54,482 bases of DNA, from contig JBGQIO010000001.1 of NCBI GenBank assembly GCA_041498515.1, positions 1 to 54,482 of the forward strand, read 5' to 3'. This stretch comes from Anaerolineae bacterium. GTDB lineage: Bacteria; Chloroflexota; Anaerolineae; Anaerolineales; Villigracilaceae. Both the position numbers and the translations under genes were made by a program. Under the pieces are notes generated by a model. It saw only the letters and a list, made by a program, of their open reading frames with translations, had not been told where the DNA came from and did no database searches. The number at the start of each line of letters is the position of its first letter. Position 1 is the first letter of the stretch. Positions 1-10,420 of the stretch are shown in pieces.

Positions 1-536
1 CCGGGCAGGCCATCCCAAGTACCATTCAGCCCATTGAGCGAGGTCAACGTCCAGGGGTCGGTGTTTGCTTTTACAGCCAGTTCGAGCAAAGACTCGCCAG
101 GATCCGGCGTAATTCGCTGGGTCAAGTCTGTTGCATTATCCTGCTTTGGGATGATCATACTTGCACCAACGTAAAATTCCGTTGGGCTGACCACGTGATT
201 TAACTTGCGTAAAAGATCGATCGGGATCTGCGTTCGTCGTACCAAACTATTAAAGGAATCGCCAAAAGCTATGATTTCAGTATCCAGCGTCCCGGTCACG
301 CCTTCCAGGCCGGGTATGAGGAGCTGTTGACCCGTAGCCAGCAAATTCGGATTACTAATGTTATTTGCAGCCATTAGATCATTGACGGTGACGTTAAATC
401 GCGTGGCAATCGAAGATAGCGTATCACCCGGCTGAACGATGTAAAAAGGCCCGGACGAGGGCGTTTGAGCGGCAGCTGGTCGAACGTCGAATAAAAGGCT
501 GGCGATCAATGCTACGATCAAAAGATGTTTAAGCAT
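1..536 (-). CDS. LysM domain secreted protein, 5' part only (runs off the window start)
   Basis: Not in the ORF track because no stop lies in the window. The reverse complement from the ATG at 536 reads MLKHLLIVALIASLLFDVRPAAAQTPSSGPFYIVQPGDTLSSIATRFNVTVNDLMAANNISNPNLLATGQQLLIPG. That is a signal peptide followed by a canonical LysM motif. The start overlaps the stop of the upstream gene (ATGCTTAA). Confidence 0.6.
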   Translation of the reverse strand, partial: MLKHLLIVALIASLLFDVRPAAAQTPSSGPFYIVQPGDTLSSIATRFNVTVNDLMAANNISNPNLLATGQQLLIPGLEGVTGTLDTEIIAFGDSFNSLVRRTQIPIDLLRKLNHVVSPTEFYVGASMIIPKQDNATDLTQRITPDPGESLLELAVKANTDPWTLTSLNGLNGTWDGLP

Positions 537-900
537 TTTGGAATTCTACTTTATGTCCTACCTCATATTCGTTAAGGCGGGCAGGGTGAATTTCGAGAAT
601 GTAACGTGCCGCTCGGGCAGGGATGTAGGCGGGCCGCCAGGACCTGGCAATTACCTTATCTACTACCTCCATCTGTGAATTGATCCAGAAGACGGCCAAA
701 TCGAAGGGGACGAACAACATATGGATGGACGAGTCGAGGCGTGCATCGCGTTCGATCACGAGCAGCAGGCCCGCATCCAAGGCAAGCTGCGAGCGAAACA
801 TTAAGCCTCTCAGACGACAGGCGAACGAATTGCAGTACCTGACCCGCGCCGGCGCTTTGATCTTTTTGTCCAGGTTTTGTATAAAAATATCGGGGGACAT
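529..900 (-). CDS. DUF192 family protein
   Basis: 123 aa with RLRGLMFR...GLLLV...FDLAVFWIN...ARYILEI, which matches my recollection of the DUF192 (COG1430) pattern. Confidence 0.6.
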   Translation of the reverse strand: MSPDIFIQNLDKKIKAPARVRYCNSFACRLRGLMFRSQLALDAGLLLVIERDARLDSSIHMLFVPFDLAVFWINSQMEVVDKVIARSWRPAYIPARAARYILEIHPARLNEYEVGHKVEFQNA

Positions 901-1069
901 GATCGAAATAAATTAAAACAACGCGCAAAAAGACGAATAGATTTTATTCGGAAGAATCCATAGATTTAGCCTCGGAGTCCGCTGAGGCAAATCGAAGGAA
1001 AGATCTAATATTTAGTGGGTTCAAATTAAATTTGATGGATGAACCGCTGCCTAAAACCCTGGTCTGGAT

Positions 1070-1471
1070 TCAAGGTGTAGCGTTCTTCTGTCCGAGGATT
1101 TTTTCGACGCTGTTCAATAACTCCTGAGGACTGAAGGGCTTGGCGATATAATCGTCCACTTTGGCGATATGCAAGCCAAGAACTTTATCTATACTCTGTG
1201 CGCGGGCAGTGACAACGATGACCGGTATGTGCCGTGTTGATTCGTCGGCTTTCATTTGCTGGTATACTTCCCATCCGTCCATATCCGGCATCATTAAATC
1301 GAGCAACACCAGATCGGGCAGTTTTTCACGGACGGCTGACAAGCCTGCTTTCCCACCGGCAGCACCTGATACCTCAAAACCTCGGCGCACGAGGATGAGC
1401 CGGATCAGGTCGATCATTTCCGGTTCATCTTCAATACATAAAATATGTTTTATCGACTTGTTGTTATCCAT
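1070..1471 (-). CDS. Single-domain response regulator (CheY-like receiver)
   Basis: ILCIEDEPEM...DLVLLDLMMPDMDGWEV...IPVIVVTA...DYIAKPF shows the receiver acidic pocket, phospho-Asp and conserved Lys. There is no output domain and no kinase nearby. Confidence 0.85.
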   Translation of the reverse strand: MDNNKSIKHILCIEDEPEMIDLIRLILVRRGFEVSGAAGGKAGLSAVREKLPDLVLLDLMMPDMDGWEVYQQMKADESTRHIPVIVVTARAQSIDKVLGLHIAKVDDYIAKPFSPQELLNSVEKILGQKNATP

Positions 1472-1516
1472 GGACTGTCTTTTAATAGTTTACCATAATG
1501 CGGTATATAGGAAAAG

Positions 1517-2278
1517 ATGAAGATTGTTACATGGAATGTGAATGGCATTCGCGCTGCGCTGCGAAAGAATGCATTGGACCAAATTTGGTCGCGCTCCCCG
1601 GACGTGATTTGTTTGCAGGAGGTCAAGGCGAGGCCGGAGCAGTTGACACCGGCACAGCAGCAGTCCTTGAGAATGCCCTTTACCTGGTATCCGGCTGAAC
1701 GTCCGGGTTACAGCGGTGTGGCGACATTTTATCGAGAATCGCCGGATGAGATTACGCTGGGTTTGGACAATTCAAAATTTGACCTTGAAGGCCGGGTCAT
1801 TCGGACCCGCCACCATGATCTGGTTTTATACAACGTCTATTTCCCGAGCGGTCAACGCGGGCAGGAGCGCGTAGGCTATAAGCTTGAATTCTATTCTTAC
1901 CTGCTTGGCATCTGCGACAAGCTTCACAAAAACGGCGAAAACCTGATCATTACGGGCGATTTCAATACCGCCCACACACCGATCGACCTCAAGAATCCCA
2001 AGCAAAATCAAAAAACCTCCGGTTTTCTGCCTGAAGAGCGCGCCTGGGTGCAAAAATTCCTGGATCATGGTTTTGTGGATATTTACCGCTATATATATCC
2101 AGACCGTGTTCAATACACCTGGTGGACTTACCGCTCCGGAGCCCGCCTGAAGGGAGTCGGCTGGCGGATCGATTATTTTCTGGTTTCGGAATCGCTCATT
2201 CCGCGTGTGAAGGATGTGATCATCCATGAAAATGTGACCGGTTCCGACCATTGTCCGGTGGAGATGGAATTTATCTAG
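1517..2278 (+). CDS. xthA: Exodeoxyribonuclease III / AP endonuclease
   Basis: MKIVTWNVNGIRA...CLQEVK...GDFNTAH...SDHCPV are the signature blocks of the ExoIII/EEP family. Confidence 0.9.
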   Translation: MKIVTWNVNGIRAALRKNALDQIWSRSPDVICLQEVKARPEQLTPAQQQSLRMPFTWYPAERPGYSGVATFYRESPDEITLGLDNSKFDLEGRVIRTRHHDLVLYNVYFPSGQRGQERVGYKLEFYSYLLGICDKLHKNGENLIITGDFNTAHTPIDLKNPKQNQKTSGFLPEERAWVQKFLDHGFVDIYRYIYPDRVQYTWWTYRSGARLKGVGWRIDYFLVSESLIPRVKDVIIHENVTGSDHCPVEMEFI

Positions 2279-2409
2279 TCTTCAAGCATGTTTTAACCCT
2301 AAATACGTCGTGAGCAATTTATTAGAAAATCATATAAATAATTCCTTTGGGCTATTCGCCTGAAGCCTAGATTGGTATAATCCCCCTCGCAAGATTTTCG
2401 GAGGAATCA

Positions 2410-4287
2410 GTGAATTCTAATCGTACTCAGTCGTTTATTATCTACTTCTTGCTGATCGTGGCAATTGGGGCAATGCTGTATGTCGGATTCAGGCAAGGCA
2501 GCACACCCCAGGAGCCCTTAACGATCAACGAAGTAGCCGATGCCATAAAGAGTGGCACTGTAGGGCAGGTCGTTATTAATAGTGATGATACAATCCACGT
2601 CGTTTATAAGTCGGGCAAAGAAGCGGACTCGAATAAAGAACCGACCACTACTCTGGTGGATCAACTTATCAGCCTAGGCGTGACGCCGGCAGAACTTACC
2701 TCGGCGAATATCAAAATCGAAGTCAAGCCGCCCTCACAATGGGCGGGAATCCTGAGCAGCCTGTTATATATCCTGCCGATTGTTTTTATGGCTGGCGTGC
2801 TTTGGTTTATCTTCCGACAGGCGCAAGGAAGCAATAACGCGGCCATGGCATTCGGTAAATCGCGTGCCCGCATGTTTAGTGGTGAACACCCAACTGTTAC
2901 CTTCGAAGATGTGGCCGGTATAGAAGAATCCAAACAGGAACTATCAGAAGTTGTTGAGTTCTTAAAAGAGCCGCAGAAGTTCATCCAGCTTGGGGCGCGT
3001 ATTCCCAAGGGCGTATTACTAGTGGGGCCTCCAGGCACCGGCAAGACCCTGCTAGCCAAAGCCGTTTCCGGTGAGGCCGGTGTTCCATTCTTTTCCATCT
3101 CTGGCTCGGAGTTTGTTGAAATGTTTGTCGGCGTCGGCGCCAGCCGCGTCCGCGATCTGTTCGATCAGGCGAAGCGCCATTCGCCGTGTATTGTCTTCGT
3201 AGATGAAATTGATGCGGTTGGCCGGCAGCGCGGCGCAGGGCTAGGCGGTTCGCACGATGAGCGCGAACAAACCCTGAATCAGATGCTGGTTGAGATGGAT
3301 GGTTTTGATACCGATACCAACGTCATTATCATTGCTGCAACCAACCGTCCTGATATCCTTGACCCGGCTTTGCTGCGTCCTGGCCGCTTTGACCGCCGGG
3401 TGACACTTGACCGCCCGGATGTAAAGGGACGCGAAGCCATCCTCAAAGTCCACGTAAAGGGCAAACCGCTGGACCCGGTCGTTGATCTTATGTCGCTGGC
3501 GCGCGGTACACCAGGTTTTGTTGGTGCGGACCTTGAGAACCTGGTCAACGAAGGCGCAATCCTGGCAGCCCGGCGCAACAAGAAATCGATCGGGCAGTCT
3601 GAGCTCGAAGAGGCCATCGAGCGCGTGGTGATGGGGCCCGAACGAAAGTCACGTTTAATATCGGACGAAGAGAAACGCATCATTGCCTATCATGAGGCTG
3701 GTCATGCCGTAGTGGCGAACGCCATACCGGAGGCGGATCCTGTTCAAAAGGTTACCATTGTAGGGCGCGGTCAGGCCGGAGGCGTGACCTGGTTCCGTCC
3801 CGATGAGGACCGCGTGCTCTACTCGCGCAAGAAGATGTTGGCAAACCTGGCCTATGCGCTCGGCGGAAGGGTTGCTGAAGAGATTGTCTTCGATGATATT
3901 ACCTCGGGCGCTTCAAACGATATTGAGCAGGTAACGCGCATGGCGCGCACCATGGTGACTCGCCTTGGCATGAGCGGTGAATTAGGGCCGCTGCAATATG
4001 GTCAGAAGGAAGAGTTGATCTTCCTGGGACGTGAGATCTCGGAACAACGAGATTACTCCGAAGCCATTGCCGAAAAGATCGACCAGGAAGTTCGCAAGAT
4101 CGTCGAAGAATCTTATGACCTTGCCAAAAGCCTGCTGACCAAGTATCGCAGGCAGCTAGATAGTGTCGCCCAAAAATTGCTTGAAGCGGAAACGATGACG
4201 CGCGAAGAATTCGAAGCTATCTTCCCCCCGCCGTTTCCGAAGAAGAGCGGTACTCCGCAGCCAGCTCTGGCGGCCGTACCTAATTAA
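2410..4287 (+). CDS. ftsH: ATP-dependent zinc metalloprotease FtsH
   Basis: N-terminal TM pair; Walker A GPPGTGKT; Walker B VFVDEID; SRH; zinc site HEAGHA. GTG start. Confidence 0.95.
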   Translation: MNSNRTQSFIIYFLLIVAIGAMLYVGFRQGSTPQEPLTINEVADAIKSGTVGQVVINSDDTIHVVYKSGKEADSNKEPTTTLVDQLISLGVTPAELTSANIKIEVKPPSQWAGILSSLLYILPIVFMAGVLWFIFRQAQGSNNAAMAFGKSRARMFSGEHPTVTFEDVAGIEESKQELSEVVEFLKEPQKFIQLGARIPKGVLLVGPPGTGKTLLAKAVSGEAGVPFFSISGSEFVEMFVGVGASRVRDLFDQAKRHSPCIVFVDEIDAVGRQRGAGLGGSHDEREQTLNQMLVEMDGFDTDTNVIIIAATNRPDILDPALLRPGRFDRRVTLDRPDVKGREAILKVHVKGKPLDPVVDLMSLARGTPGFVGADLENLVNEGAILAARRNKKSIGQSELEEAIERVVMGPERKSRLISDEEKRIIAYHEAGHAVVANAIPEADPVQKVTIVGRGQAGGVTWFRPDEDRVLYSRKKMLANLAYALGGRVAEEIVFDDITSGASNDIEQVTRMARTMVTRLGMSGELGPLQYGQKEELIFLGREISEQRDYSEAIAEKIDQEVRKIVEESYDLAKSLLTKYRRQLDSVAQKLLEAETMTREEFEAIFPPPFPKKSGTPQPALAAVPN

Positions 4288-4301
4288 TAACCACATCAAA
4301 A

Positions 4302-4335
4302 GAGGTCTTCCAAATTCGGAGGACCTCCTTTTTAT
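4302..4335 (+). terminator. Intrinsic terminator after ftsH
   Basis: 10-bp stem GAGGTCTTCC / GGAGGACCTC with a 6-nt loop, followed by CTTTTTAT. Confidence 0.6.
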
Positions 4336-4408
4336 CACTTACTAAATTTCATCCCCTTGTTAATTTTAAGGCGGGGCTTGTGGCTGTGCCAACGATGTTC
4401 GATGGGGT

Positions 4409-6121
4409 TTACGCTTTCACAATTTCTGTTTCTTTGTGCTGTCTCACCAATTCGCGCCTTAAGATCTTACCAACGGTAGTCTTCGGCAACTCGTTCCGGA
4501 ATTCATAATGGCTCGGTACCTTATATGGAGCCAGTCGTTCCTTGCAGAAGGCCTTGATCTCATCTGCCGTCGCCGTCTCACCGGGCTTGAGCACGATCCA
4601 GGCTTTGACCGTCTCACCGCGATACGGGTCGGGGATGCCAGCCACGCCGACTTCCAGCACCTTCGGATAGGCGGCAATCGCTTCTTCTACCTCGCGGGGC
4701 CAAACCTGGAATCCTCCAGGTTTGATCAATTCTTTTTTCCGATCGACAATGTAGAAGTAGCCGTCCTCATCCATCCGGACGATATCGCCGGTGAACAGCC
4801 AGGTTTTGCCATCTTTCAGCTTGCGCAGGGAATTGGCCGATTCGGTCGGCATATTGTGATAACCTTTCATCACCTGGGGCCCGTGAATGACCAATTCGCC
4901 GATCTCGCCTAATGGCATTTCGGTCTCGCCATCATCCAGGCTGATAACCTTGCATTCCACGTCCGTGATCGGCAAACCAATCGAGCCAGTTTTGTTAATA
5001 CCCAGCAGGGGATTGATATGGGTGGCCGTCGGCGCTTCGGACAAACCGTACCCTTCGAAGACTTTTCCCCCGCTCAATTCTTCGAACCTCTCTTTTGTCT
5101 CACGGAGCAGCGGAGCCGAACCTGATATACATACCTTGATGGAGCGCAGGTTTATTTTTCCCGATTTAACGTCGGGATGATTGTTAATGGCATTGTATAA
5201 GGTGGGAACGCCCGGAAAATTCGTGGGATGATATTTATTAATGTTCTCTAGGACATCCGGGATATCGCGCCCGTTCGGTATTATTATCATCGTGGCGCCA
5301 ATAGAAACAGCATAACTCAAGCCGGCAACCATGCCATAAACATGAAATAAAGGGATCGCCATTAAGAGGATTTCCCTGCCGTCATCCATGTTAACGAACC
5401 ACCCTTTGATCTGTAAAGTATTTGCTACCACGTTGCGGTGCATGACCACAACGCCCTTCGAGACGCCTGTTGTTCCGCCGGAGTATTGGAATAAGGCTGT
5501 GTCGTCGGGCTGGATGTCCACGTGAGGACGATCGGAGGCTTGGTATTTGGAGATCAAGTCCTTCATCCAAACATCGCCTTCCATCAATCCACCCTCTATT
5601 TTGAATCCGCCTTTCTTTTCACGGCCCAGGGTAAACAGCACACGCAGGTGAGGCGGCAGGGTCTCCTTCAAATTAGTGACGATCAATTTCTTGATCTTCG
5701 TATTGGGCTGCGCAGTTTTAATGGTCTTGTAGAAATTGGTCATGACGAACATAATCTCGAACCCCGCGTCGCTGGCTTGATAAGCGATTTCCGGCGGAGT
5801 ATAGAGTGGGTTTGTCGCCACAACCACGCCGCCTGCCTTCAATATTCCATAGTAAGCCATCACAAACTGTGGTGAATTCGACATGAATATCCCGACGCGG
5901 TCGCCCTTCTTCACACCCATATCGACCAGGGCTGCCGCAATGTGATTTGTGATATCGTTCATCGCTTTGAATGAAATGACCGCGCCTTTGAAAATCGTGC
6001 AGGCGCGGTCGGGATATTTACGGGCTGACTCCTCCAGGAAATGGAACAGCGGCTCTTTTGGATAATCAATTGTTGCCGGCACCCCTTTGTCGTAATGCGC
6101 GATCCATGGGCGGTCGTTCAT
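4409..6121 (-). CDS. fadD: Long-chain fatty acid--CoA ligase (AMP-forming acyl-CoA synthetase)
   Basis: AMP-binding motif YSGGTTGVSKG, plus TGD...DGYFYIVDRKKELIK and a C-terminal GKILRR. Confidence 0.9.
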   Translation of the reverse strand: MNDRPWIAHYDKGVPATIDYPKEPLFHFLEESARKYPDRACTIFKGAVISFKAMNDITNHIAAALVDMGVKKGDRVGIFMSNSPQFVMAYYGILKAGGVVVATNPLYTPPEIAYQASDAGFEIMFVMTNFYKTIKTAQPNTKIKKLIVTNLKETLPPHLRVLFTLGREKKGGFKIEGGLMEGDVWMKDLISKYQASDRPHVDIQPDDTALFQYSGGTTGVSKGVVVMHRNVVANTLQIKGWFVNMDDGREILLMAIPLFHVYGMVAGLSYAVSIGATMIIIPNGRDIPDVLENINKYHPTNFPGVPTLYNAINNHPDVKSGKINLRSIKVCISGSAPLLRETKERFEELSGGKVFEGYGLSEAPTATHINPLLGINKTGSIGLPITDVECKVISLDDGETEMPLGEIGELVIHGPQVMKGYHNMPTESANSLRKLKDGKTWLFTGDIVRMDEDGYFYIVDRKKELIKPGGFQVWPREVEEAIAAYPKVLEVGVAGIPDPYRGETVKAWIVLKPGETATADEIKAFCKERLAPYKVPSHYEFRNELPKTTVGKILRRELVRQHKETEIVKA

Positions 6122-6195
6122 AATGGTTCCTCCTTTGGCGGTTAAAAGAGTATATGCTGGAAAAAATTAAAAGTCAATTCTTCGGCGGCGATCCA

Positions 6196-7167
6196 TTATT
6201 CGCGCAGCGCGTCCCGGATAAACGATTCAATCGCTTGTAAAACACCTTCCTCCCCTGCGTAAAACCACCTTATATTTGGATCGGTCTCTTTGAACCAGTT
6301 TGCCTGCCTTCGGACAAAAAGGTGCGTGGCATGCTGCATCACGACCTTTGCTTCATCAAGACTCCATTGACCTTCGATTACTTTGACGCATTCGCGATAC
6401 CCAATGGCAGACATCGTGGGCATTTCGGGCGAAACTCCTTTTGCAAGCAGCCCATTGACTTCATCCAGCAGCCCCGCCTGGAACATCGCCTCGATCCGTG
6501 TGTCAATGCGAGCGTAAATTTCAGCCCGTGGACGGGTTAACCCAATCGTAAGGAGGTGATAAGGCGTAGCACCCTGCCCGCGTAATTCAGAAAATTTCCT
6601 TCCAGTCTTGAGAATTACTTCGAGTGCCCGAATAGTTCGCCTCACATTCCGTCCATCGATATTTTCCGCCGCTTTAGGATCAAGAGACTCCAACTTAGCA
6701 TGAAGCCACTCTTTCCCTCGATCTTCTTTCAACTTCTCTAATTGAGCCCTCAGCCTTATATCGGGTTTCACTGGAGGAGGCCTCCAATCTTGTGTCACCG
6801 CCCGGACATATTGCCCGGTGCCTCCAACAAGCAGAGGTAGTTTGCCGCGGAGGTGAATGTCAGAGATAACCAGCTGAGCTTTTTGTTGAAAGACCGACAA
6901 CGACAAGGTTTCATCGGGACTAGCAATGTCGATCAGATGATGAGGAACCCGAGATCGTTCTTCGCGGGTAGGTTTGGCTGTTCCAATATCCATACCTCGA
7001 TAGAAGAGGCGCGAATCAGCCGAGACGATCTCGCCGCCAAGGTGTTCAGCGAGCTGGAGCGCGATCTCCGTTTTGCCGACCGCAGTGGGGCCGACGAGCA
7101 AAACCAAAGGTAATCGGTGCGCCACCCCTTCTATAGCAGGCTTGATAGGTAACGTTTTAGATTGCAT
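6196..7167 (-). CDS. miaA: tRNA dimethylallyltransferase MiaA
   Basis: P-loop GPTAVGKT, SADSRLFYRGMDIGTAKP, HHLID. I chose the MQSK start at 7167 because the ORF-track start at 7197 would overlap yraN by 41 nt. Confidence 0.9.
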   Translation of the reverse strand: MQSKTLPIKPAIEGVAHRLPLVLLVGPTAVGKTEIALQLAEHLGGEIVSADSRLFYRGMDIGTAKPTREERSRVPHHLIDIASPDETLSLSVFQQKAQLVISDIHLRGKLPLLVGGTGQYVRAVTQDWRPPPVKPDIRLRAQLEKLKEDRGKEWLHAKLESLDPKAAENIDGRNVRRTIRALEVILKTGRKFSELRGQGATPYHLLTIGLTRPRAEIYARIDTRIEAMFQAGLLDEVNGLLAKGVSPEMPTMSAIGYRECVKVIEGQWSLDEAKVVMQHATHLFVRRQANWFKETDPNIRWFYAGEEGVLQAIESFIRDALRE

Positions 7168-7504
7168 TCTCGAAATGTGTAATTTCAGCCCTGCCATTAA
7201 TCTCTTCCACTGCGATCACGTCAACCTGCCAATGGTCAATTTCATTTTGTTGGGCGTAGTGTTCAGCACAAGCCAGCATGTGTCCTTGTTTGCGGGGTGA
7301 AACGGCGATCTCTGGCGGGCCAAATACCCTCGAAGTGCGCGTTTTGACCTCGACGAAGATCGTAAAGCCGTCTTTTTGCGCTATCAAGTCAATCTCGCCG
7401 TAAGGTGTGCGTACGTTACGCGCCACGATCTCGCAGCCCCTTTTCATCAAGTAATTTGCTGCGGCTTGCTCACCCCATTTTCCAACGCGCTGATTGCGTG
7501 TCAT
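7157..7504 (-). CDS. yraN: YraN family (UPF0102) endonuclease-like protein
   Basis: GEQAAANYL...GEIDLIA...FVEVKTR motif. The MTRN start at 7504 forms an ATGA overlap with the stop of the upstream glycosyltransferase. Confidence 0.8.
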   Translation of the reverse strand: MTRNQRVGKWGEQAAANYLMKRGCEIVARNVRTPYGEIDLIAQKDGFTIFVEVKTRTSRVFGPPEIAVSPRKQGHMLACAEHYAQQNEIDHWQVDVIAVEEINGRAEITHFENAI

Positions 7505-8703
7505 TGCAGATATTTTTCCAACAGTCCGCGCAGCCGTACTTCCCAATTAACCCGGCGCGGTCGTGTACCATAGACAAGCCTCTCGTAATGCTCCAGCAAG
7601 ATTTGCGTCGTCCGTTCGATGGCATAACGTGTGGATGCCTGGCGTGCTGCCGCGCCCATTCGTTTACGCAAGACGGGATCGAGACAAAGGTGGGTCAGCT
7701 TGGCGGTAAAGGCAGACAAGTCTTCGGTTGCGATGAAGCCGGTCACACCGTCCTCCACGGAATCGCTCAAGCCCGGTGAAGAGATACCCATGATTGGCAG
7801 TCCGGCCGCCATTCCTTCGATCACCGAAAGTGGATGGACTTCCGTTACCGAGGCAGTGATGAACACATCGCACATGGCGAGATACGAGGGCAGGTTTTCA
7901 TACGTCACCATGCCTGTATATCGCACGCGATGGTTGATGTTAAGTTCTGCTGTAAGTTGCTGCAAATCGGCCTCAAACTGTTTTTGCCCACCACCTACAA
8001 GGATAAGCTTCACGTTTTCGAGCGCCTGTGCGACGCCTGCAAAGGATTGCAGAAGGAAAGACAGATTTTTTTCGGTCGCAAGGCGGCCAGTGTAAATGAG
8101 CAGGATGTCACTTTGGGTAAAACCGAAATCCGCACGTGATTGGGGTTCGGCATTGTGAAAACGATGAAGTTCCACACCGTTAGGGACCACCGCGATCGGG
8201 CTGGTTACATTCATTTCACGCAGGATTTCCGCCATACCAGCCGAAGGGGAGATGACCAGATTCATGGCTTCACAAAAAGGCGGCATGTAAGCCTGTAATA
8301 AGCCATCGCTGATCTCTTCCGGTAAGAGTGGAATATAGGCCTGGGCGTACAGGTCGTAACGTGTGTGATTGGTGAAAATGATCGGAATACGAAGTGGCTC
8401 ACAGTAGCGCAAAGCCAGGCGGCCGCTTAAAAATGGATGGTGCACATGCACAACGTCCATCGTTTGTAAAAGTTTCTTGGCTGCCCGGTTGTAGCTGAAG
8501 GAGAGATAGTAACCGGTATCCACCAGCGGAAGTCCGGGAGACCGGATGACCCGCATTTCTTCATCGTGATAATCCTGATCGCCGAAAGTGAACACGAAGA
8601 CTTCATGTCCGGCCTTTTCGATATAGCGTTTGTTCAGGTCTATATAATTTGTGATCCCGCTGACATGCGGTTTGTAGGCGTCCGCCATCATACCGATTCG
8701 CAT
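7501..8703 (-). CDS. Glycosyltransferase, GT4 (GT-B fold) family
   Basis: 400 aa with an N-terminal MRIGMMADAYKPHVSGI and a C-terminal E..(7)E-type motif (SVTEVHPLSVIEGMAAGLP). Confidence 0.85.
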   Translation of the reverse strand: MRIGMMADAYKPHVSGITNYIDLNKRYIEKAGHEVFVFTFGDQDYHDEEMRVIRSPGLPLVDTGYYLSFSYNRAAKKLLQTMDVVHVHHPFLSGRLALRYCEPLRIPIIFTNHTRYDLYAQAYIPLLPEEISDGLLQAYMPPFCEAMNLVISPSAGMAEILREMNVTSPIAVVPNGVELHRFHNAEPQSRADFGFTQSDILLIYTGRLATEKNLSFLLQSFAGVAQALENVKLILVGGGQKQFEADLQQLTAELNINHRVRYTGMVTYENLPSYLAMCDVFITASVTEVHPLSVIEGMAAGLPIMGISSPGLSDSVEDGVTGFIATEDLSAFTAKLTHLCLDPVLRKRMGAAARQASTRYAIERTTQILLEHYERLVYGTRPRRVNWEVRLRGLLEKYLQ

Positions 8704-8741
8704 GATTACCTTAACAATGTCAGATTATTCAAAAGATATCC

Positions 8742-8792
8742 GAATTTTGGGGTATGGGGTGGGTGTTTACCCCACCCCATACCCCAAAATTC
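8742..8792. repeat. Perfect 22-bp inverted repeat (7-nt spacer) in a divergent intergenic region
   Basis: GAATTTTGGGGTATGGGGTGGG (8742-8763), spacer tgtttac, then CCCACCCCATACCCCAAAATTC (8771-8792). It lies between the GT4 gene start (8703, minus) and the ttuB-like start (8872, plus). Confidence 0.9.
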
Positions 8793-8871
8793 TGGGCCTT
8801 CTTCGAATGTGACATCGGTAAGTTACATAGTACAGGCAAGCGGGCTTGCCTGTCAAGACGCCTATGGTAGA

Positions 8872-9090
8872 ATGAAAACTCTCCTGCAAAAAATGGTCAA
8901 ATTAATCCTACGGACCAAGGAATACGAAGTGAAGCCGGGGATGACCTTACTCTCGGCGCTGGAGAAGAGTAACATCATTCCCGAGTCGGTGATCGCCACG
9001 CGCGACGGTGAAGTCATTCTCGAGGACGAGATATTGAAAGATGGTGAGGTAGTCAAGCTGATAGCTGTGATCTCGGGGGGAAGTGATTAA
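8872..9090 (+). CDS. ThiS/MoaD-fold sulfur carrier, TtuB-like, ending ...VISGGSD
   Basis: 72 aa: MKTLLQKMVKLILRTKEYEVKPGMTLLSALEKSNIIPESVIATRDGEVILEDEILKDGEVVKLIAVISGGSD. It has a beta-grasp pattern and a GG near the C-terminus, and sits directly upstream of a TtuA-like gene. The 5' part of ORF 8566..9090 is antisense to the GT4 gene and was discarded. Confidence 0.65.
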   Translation: MKTLLQKMVKLILRTKEYEVKPGMTLLSALEKSNIIPESVIATRDGEVILEDEILKDGEVVKLIAVISGGSD

Positions 9091-9140
9091 CAAACACGTA
9101 ATAAGTTTTTGAGGCAAGAATTACTGGTTCGGAGTTTCCA

Positions 9141-10079
9141 ATGAAATGTAAAAAATGTGGAGAGAAAGCTTCGGTCAATATGCGGCAGCACAGGCTGGCG
9201 CTGTGCAAGGAGCATTACCTGGAATGGGTACCCGAGCAGACCGAGCGTTTTATTAAGAAATACAATATGTTTACCCACGACGAGAAAATCCTTGTGGCAG
9301 TATCAGGCGGCAAGGACTCACTCTCCGTATGGGATATCCTGGTCCGCCTGGGTTATTATGCCGATGGGCTTTACCTCGGTCTCGGCATCGACGGAGGCTT
9401 CGGTTATTCAACAGAGTCGCATCGTCTGACCGAGAAGTTTGCCGACGAACACAACCTGAAGCTTATTGTGGTGGATATTGAAAAAGAATATGGTCAACCC
9501 ATCCCCGTGCTGGCTGAGGTCAGTCACCGCGGGCATGGTAAACCCTGTGCCGTTTGCGGTCTGACCAAACGCCACGAGATGAACCGCATGGCGCGGGACC
9601 TTGGCTATGATGTACTGGTAACCGGACATAACCTGGATGATGAGGCGGCTGTCCTCTTTGGTAATACGCTTCAATGGTCAGGCGAGTATCTCCTCAGGCA
9701 GGGCCCCGTTCTAATGGAGATGCCCGGGATGGCCCGCAAGGTTAAGCCGCTCTGCCGTCTGTACGAACGCGAAATGACCGCCTATGCTATCCTGCGCGGT
9801 ATTGAATATATATATGAGGAATGTCCTTTTGCAGAAGGGTCGACCTCGATCTACTATAAGGAACTGCTCAATAAATTGGAGACCGACCGCCCGGGTGCGA
9901 AGCTCACCTTTTATTTGCGTTTCCTTGAAGCCCGCCAAAGCGGATTATTCGTTGAGCAAAGCAGCAGCGATGTTCATCTGCATTCCTGTCCGAATTGTGG
10001 GCAGCCCACCTCCACACCGGATCTTTGTTCGTTCTGCCGTTTGATGGAAAAAGCAAAATCTGAATCTGCAGCCGTATGA
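9141..10079 (+). CDS. ttuA: PP-loop ATPase, tRNA 2-thiolation enzyme (TtuA/TtcA family)
   Basis: N-terminal CxxC...CxxH zinc finger (CKKCGEKA...CKEH), PP-loop SGGKDS, central CAVCG...RH, and a C-terminal CPNCG...CSFC zinc finger. Confidence 0.8.
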   Translation: MKCKKCGEKASVNMRQHRLALCKEHYLEWVPEQTERFIKKYNMFTHDEKILVAVSGGKDSLSVWDILVRLGYYADGLYLGLGIDGGFGYSTESHRLTEKFADEHNLKLIVVDIEKEYGQPIPVLAEVSHRGHGKPCAVCGLTKRHEMNRMARDLGYDVLVTGHNLDDEAAVLFGNTLQWSGEYLLRQGPVLMEMPGMARKVKPLCRLYEREMTAYAILRGIEYIYEECPFAEGSTSIYYKELLNKLETDRPGAKLTFYLRFLEARQSGLFVEQSSSDVHLHSCPNCGQPTSTPDLCSFCRLMEKAKSESAAV

Positions 10080-10420
10080 CTTCGCCCGTCTCCATACTCA
10101 ACGCAGAACATTACTTATGGGGTGATTCATGCGATGGCTGGCTTTTGCTCAAGCGCGAGGATGTCAGCGTGATCCAGGAGCGCGCGCCTGCGGGCCATGC
10201 AGAAGTGATGCATTACCATCAAATCTCGCGGCAATTCTTCTTCATCCTCGAAGGCCAGGGGAAGATGGTTTACAAGGATCAAAGCGTGACCCTGCGAACG
10301 GGGGAGGGGTTGGAAATCCCACCCGGCGTCCCCCATCAATTTACCAACCGATCGCAAAGTGAAGTCCATTTCTTAGTTATTTCCGTCCCTAAAACTCAAG
10401 GGGACAGAATAAACCTATGA
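10076..10420 (+). CDS. Cupin domain protein
   Basis: 114 aa with the two-motif cupin signature H.H....E (HAEVMHYHQISRQFFFILEG) and a GxPH block (PPGVPHQFTN). ATGA overlap with ttuA. Confidence 0.75.
   Translation: MTSPVSILNAEHYLWGDSCDGWLLLKREDVSVIQERAPAGHAEVMHYHQISRQFFFILEGQGKMVYKDQSVTLRTGEGLEIPPGVPHQFTNRSQSEVHFLVISVPKTQGDRINL

Noticed and set aside
8566-8871. The 5' two-thirds of ORF 8566..9090 would make a 174-aa protein.
   Set aside because: This part is antisense to the GT4 gene start and runs through the 22-bp palindrome. The ThiS-like domain starts at the internal Met at 8872.
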